A stretch of 64,000 nucleotides of DNA, from sequence record NC_071007.1; one strand, written 5' to 3'. Below are positions 60,103 through 64,000 of this stretch, piece by piece (positions within the stretch are counted from its first letter, which is position 1; every line of letters begins with the position of its first letter). The notes below the pieces were generated by a model. The model was not told the origin of the DNA. It saw only the letters and a list, made by a program, of their open reading frames with translations, and did no database searches. Made by a program: the position numbers and the translations under genes.

Positions 60103-61206
60103 TTATAGATAAAAACAATAATTGCTGTCATTTTGGGCCAAACGAATTTTCATTAGTTCTCTAAACCCTTCCGACCAACGCAATCCAAAATGATCCGATG
60201 GTTCTTGAAGTGCTTTACTGACCAATTTAAATAGGTTATTGCGAGCATAGATCCCCAGATGGTTTAGATCAATTGATAGAAAATCAACTTCACCTTTCAA
60301 TTCAACATGATCCGGAATTCGATATGTTTTAAGGTAGTTGACTAGATATTCAACTTCTTTATCCATAATCGCATGACAAGCCTTAGAGTTAGGAGTCAGA
60401 TCCCCAAATAAACGCCAGTTATCCACGCCACCAAAACTGATAAATTTAAAGTGGTTGTCAAGGAATGCTTTAACTACAGAATTATTAACCAATACTTGTG
60501 CGTATTTTAAACACATGTCGGACAATGAGACAAGTTTACTCTGATAAAAATTGTTAATGGTTTCATTAACATTATCAAGATGTTGTTTGATTTTTGGATA
60601 TTCATCACCAAAATACAACTTCTTATCTGCTTTAGTCATAGGGGTGCGTAGAATTTCAATCCCTTCGGAACCATCCAGGATGGGGGGAATTTTATCAAAA
60701 CAGAAAAACAACTTAAATGGTTGGTCATTACTTTCATTATAGTCAAAAGACAAAAGACTATCAAAATCTTTAACAATGTTAAAGTCTTTACTGACTTCTT
60801 CAATACGTTTATTAACTAAGTTTGCAATTGCTTTTATTTCCATTGCTGCAATAGTTAACACACTAGAAACTCGAGATTCAATTTGATTTTTAATTTCAAC
60901 TGGCAATTCTTCCAGCGTTTCAATTTGCTTTTCAATTACAATTTCTTCATCGTTCACTATAGGAATATATTTTACTCCAGAGTAAGCAGATTCCAACAGT
61001 TCTGCAAATTTAGTTTGGTCACATTTTGATACACAATCAATAAAAATAGGTTTGATACTTGGATTCACCAACATCCCGTGGGGACCAGCGGATGCTATGA
61101 AATCACCATTTTCTTTTGTTTCAATCTTTACTTCGTTATCGTGAAAAAGAAACATTCCAACACTGTTTAACAAAGTAACAAAATTTTCTTTATTAAATTC
61201 ATTCAT
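60103..61206 (-). CDS. Hypothetical protein (367 aa)
   Basis: AAGGA RBS; no motif recognised. Confidence 0.75.
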   Translation of the reverse strand: MNEFNKENFVTLLNSVGMFLFHDNEVKIETKENGDFIASAGPHGMLVNPSIKPIFIDCVSKCDQTKFAELLESAYSGVKYIPIVNDEEIVIEKQIETLEELPVEIKNQIESRVSSVLTIAAMEIKAIANLVNKRIEEVSKDFNIVKDFDSLLSFDYNESNDQPFKLFFCFDKIPPILDGSEGIEILRTPMTKADKKLYFGDEYPKIKQHLDNVNETINNFYQSKLVSLSDMCLKYAQVLVNNSVVKAFLDNHFKFISFGGVDNWRLFGDLTPNSKACHAIMDKEVEYLVNYLKTYRIPDHVELKGEVDFLSIDLNHLGIYARNNLFKLVSKALQEPSDHFGLRWSEGFRELMKIRLAQNDSNYCFYL

Positions 61207-61221
61207 AGTTAATTATTTCCT

Positions 61222-63405
61222 TTGGTAATAAACTGTGATACGTATTATTACTATTTCTGTTTTAAACTAATAAAAGAAGGACTTATGAAAAGTTTCTTTA
61301 CTTTTGCTCCCTCTGTTGAAGAAGTAGGATCGTTTTATATTTTCAGTGGCATTAATGTTTCTGAGATGGAAGCTGATCTTAAAACTAACTTTGGAACAAG
61401 TGTTATTTTCAGTAAATTAATTACTAAAATAACCACAAGGACATTTAAGATACATCGTTTTTTCATGGTGGAGTTTGCTTGGATTCTTGATCATCTTACT
61501 AGTCAAAAAGATAAACGGACTATTAATCGATATCGCGTAGGGATGTTGAAATACCGACAACTTTATGACGAGATTAAAGAAAAAACATGGATTAAAACAA
61601 CGTTTGAAATTCACCCTAAATATGATCTAAATAAAGCTTTACAAGATTTTGTTATTTCTCCTTATCCCGATCAAAGAGAATTTTTGGAAGATTACAGTCG
61701 CATTAAGTATGGATATCAACTAAAAGGCTGTTTACTTGATGCAGTTGTTGGGAGCGGAAAATCAATCTGTAGTTTAATATGGAGTAAAATGATCAGTCCC
61801 TATAAAACATTTATTATTACTCCAAGAAACTTGATTACAACTCCTTGGCTTTTGGAAATTGAGAAAGCATTTAAAACCAAGAAAAAGATTTGGACATCCA
61901 TTGACGGAACTAACATTCTTGACCATTTGGATGCAGATTTCTTTATTATCCATAAAGAACAGTTACGAGATAATGATTGGTCTTTAGTTATTAAGGCAGT
62001 TACAAAATCAGGGAAAGAGCCAGCTAAAGTCATTATTGACGAATCTCATAACTATGCTGAACATAGCAGTTTACAGTCGCAAGGGATTATTGAGTTCGGT
62101 ACAAATAAATTTATCTCTGATGTATTGTTTATGTCAGGAACCCCGATTAAAGCACAGGGTAAAGAAACATACACACTCTTTGCAACAATCGATAAGTTCT
62201 TTGATGATAAGGTCAGAACGTCTTTCTTAAAACTTTATGGTCGCGATAATTACTACCTTAATGAAATGTTAGCACATAGATTAGGTAGAATTAAATTTAC
62301 CATTCCAGCAATTACTGAAATGAATAATCCTCCAGAACCTGTTGTAATTAAGATTAAATTTCCTGGAGTTGAGAAATTCACATTAAATTCTATTAGACTT
62401 GACATGGTCGCATTTATAAACGAGCGTGTAAAGTTTTATAAGAATCACATGCCTCAGTATATCGCCGATTGGGAAGATGTGTTAAGAATGTATCGAAACA
62501 CTATCTCTAGAGATCCAGCAGCGATACATGAATTAGACCAGTATGTTAAAATTGTAAACCATTTTAGAAAACACGGTTACAATAATTTTACTGATTCTGA
62601 TAAAAGTAAATTTGCAGGGAAAGTAGAAAAACAAATTGAAAGCCATTTAAAGGGCGACGATTTAAAATATTTTCGACACATTAAATCTGCAGTTAAATAT
62701 GTTGCATTAAAAATCAGGGGTGAGGCGCTGGGGAACGTTTTAGGTAAAGCAAGAATGGACGCAGTTAAAGAAACCATTCTTCATGCTGGTTTACCTGAGA
62801 TGGTCAATTCCGTTAAAAAGAAGACACTGGTTTATACTTCCTATATTGAAGTAATCAAGGAACTTGAAAATCATTTCCAATTAAACGGGATGAAACCTAT
62901 TAGTGTTTACGGCGATAATTCAAAAGAAATTGATCAGGTTGTTGATACATTTGCTAATGATAAGAATGTGAATCCTCTTATCACCACCTTTGCTACATTA
63001 CGTGAAGGTAAGCCAATGATTATGGCAAACCAGATTATTTTGATGAATTCCCCATTTAGGTCTTTTGAACTAAAACAAACCATTGCACGAATTTATCGGC
63101 GTGGGCAAGATGAAGAATGTTTTGTTTATTTAATTGATCTGGACACTGGGAGTGAAGAAAATATCACTTCTCGCTCTATTGACATTATGCAGTGGTCAGC
63201 AGAACAAGTTGATCAACTTTTAGGTGGGGGTGAATTCCCAGGACAAGTATTTGAAGGGATTGGTCCAACAGATATTTCCGGTTTTGAATCTCGGGAATAT
63301 GTTTGGGATATTGCTAAACTAGATCCTAATCTTGACATTAGCTTAGATGTACCACACCGTTCTATCCCAACATTTAATCGTCAATGTTTAACAGATATAT
63401 TTTAA
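61222..63405 (+). CDS. SF2 (SNF2/DEAH-like) helicase (likely start MKSFF at 61285)
   Basis: LDAVVGSGKS, IIDESH, MSGTP, LREG, QTIARIYRRGQ. Confidence 0.88.
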   Translation: MVINCDTYYYYFCFKLIKEGLMKSFFTFAPSVEEVGSFYIFSGINVSEMEADLKTNFGTSVIFSKLITKITTRTFKIHRFFMVEFAWILDHLTSQKDKRTINRYRVGMLKYRQLYDEIKEKTWIKTTFEIHPKYDLNKALQDFVISPYPDQREFLEDYSRIKYGYQLKGCLLDAVVGSGKSICSLIWSKMISPYKTFIITPRNLITTPWLLEIEKAFKTKKKIWTSIDGTNILDHLDADFFIIHKEQLRDNDWSLVIKAVTKSGKEPAKVIIDESHNYAEHSSLQSQGIIEFGTNKFISDVLFMSGTPIKAQGKETYTLFATIDKFFDDKVRTSFLKLYGRDNYYLNEMLAHRLGRIKFTIPAITEMNNPPEPVVIKIKFPGVEKFTLNSIRLDMVAFINERVKFYKNHMPQYIADWEDVLRMYRNTISRDPAAIHELDQYVKIVNHFRKHGYNNFTDSDKSKFAGKVEKQIESHLKGDDLKYFRHIKSAVKYVALKIRGEALGNVLGKARMDAVKETILHAGLPEMVNSVKKKTLVYTSYIEVIKELENHFQLNGMKPISVYGDNSKEIDQVVDTFANDKNVNPLITTFATLREGKPMIMANQIILMNSPFRSFELKQTIARIYRRGQDEECFVYLIDLDTGSEENITSRSIDIMQWSAEQVDQLLGGGEFPGQVFEGIGPTDISGFESREYVWDIAKLDPNLDISLDVPHRSIPTFNRQCLTDIF

Positions 63406-63415
63406 GGAAACAGAG

Positions 63416-64000
63416 ATGGAATATTCTCCTAGTCATCATGAACACAATCTTAAATTGATTTATGGTTTTGAAAGCTATTTAGAAAATCCTTCTGAAAATA
63501 CACCAGAAGCTATTTATTTAAAATCAACACTATCACTTCATGGGATGACCTTCGATGCGGTTGAAGGAACAGAAGGTTGGGTGGATCAATTAAAATCAGC
63601 TGGAAAGCGTTTCTATGAATTTATTCTCAGCATCCTCCGAGCGATTAAAAACTTCTTCTTCGGACCAAAGGGAAGTAAAGACGACAAGAAAATCACGCAA
63701 GCAGTTGCCTCATTGGATGTCACTGCTCGCAAGCTTCCTGATCTAATTAAACAAGCTGAACCTGAAGTTCAACAACACATTGAACAAAAAGCTGAGCAAC
63801 TAGTGGAAGGGATCTCGCTTCCTTTTAACGTTGCTAAAGGACATAACAAGTTTTTTGATAATGTCAATGGTGTAGTAACAGATGCTTATAAAGCAGCTAA
63901 ATTGGCTGGGTTAACACTTCCTAATTTGGATGCTGAAATTAAACGTGCCAATGAGCTTTATGAAAATCTTCAAAAGAATATTGAAAACATCAAGGTTGCT
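63416..64000 (+). CDS. phiKZ-type internal head protein paralog, 3' truncated by window edge
   Basis: AAGGA RBS; propeptide ending EGTE/G then amphipathic WVDQLKSAGKRFYEFILSILRAIKNFF. Confidence 0.7.
   Translation, partial: MEYSPSHHEHNLKLIYGFESYLENPSENTPEAIYLKSTLSLHGMTFDAVEGTEGWVDQLKSAGKRFYEFILSILRAIKNFFFGPKGSKDDKKITQAVASLDVTARKLPDLIKQAEPEVQQHIEQKAEQLVEGISLPFNVAKGHNKFFDNVNGVVTDAYKAAKLAGLTLPNLDAEIKRANELYENLQKNIENIKVA

Noticed and set aside
1-64000. Stop-codon reassignment
   Set aside because: Core genes are intact under code 11 and end mostly in TAA; the one internal TAA (52478) is isolated

Overview
This is a 64-kb segment of an AT-rich (roughly one-third GC by eye) phiKZ-like jumbo myophage genome. 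The assignment rests on recognisable proteins in conserved order: terminase large subunit and three virion genes, divergent tail sheath and tube, prohead protease, split virion RNA polymerase (vRNAP) subunits (beta N-part, beta C-part, beta' N-part, beta' C-part), a 2.4-kaa tail/tape-measure protein with a GH19 domain, UvsX/RecA, an SF2 helicase and a head-protein paralog. phiKZ gene numbers are quoted from memory of that synteny, not from a search. The ORF track misses two splicing events. A 255-nt ORF-less group I intron splits the vRNAP beta' catalytic DFDG/D motif, and a 355-aa class 3 (WCT) LAGLIDADG intein that starts with Gly sits in the terminase Walker A motif. The least explained region is 5130-7000: about 1.9 kb with no credible ORF, made of back-to-back + strand RNA hairpins and multibranch domains. 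It includes tRNA-Leu(UAA), tRNA-Asn(GUU), a tRNA-like RNA with an 11-nt anticodon loop and anti-Shine-Dalgarno loops, and ends at a strong terminator. Other oddities are G-quadruplex motifs, uORFs and direct repeats at 216-720 and 3436, an extended promoter motif with a 33-bp exact duplicate 44 kb apart, a cluster of exported proteins, a mosaic tailspike and a Cys-rich ORF broken by a stop codon. All folds and homologies were judged by eye and need computational confirmation.
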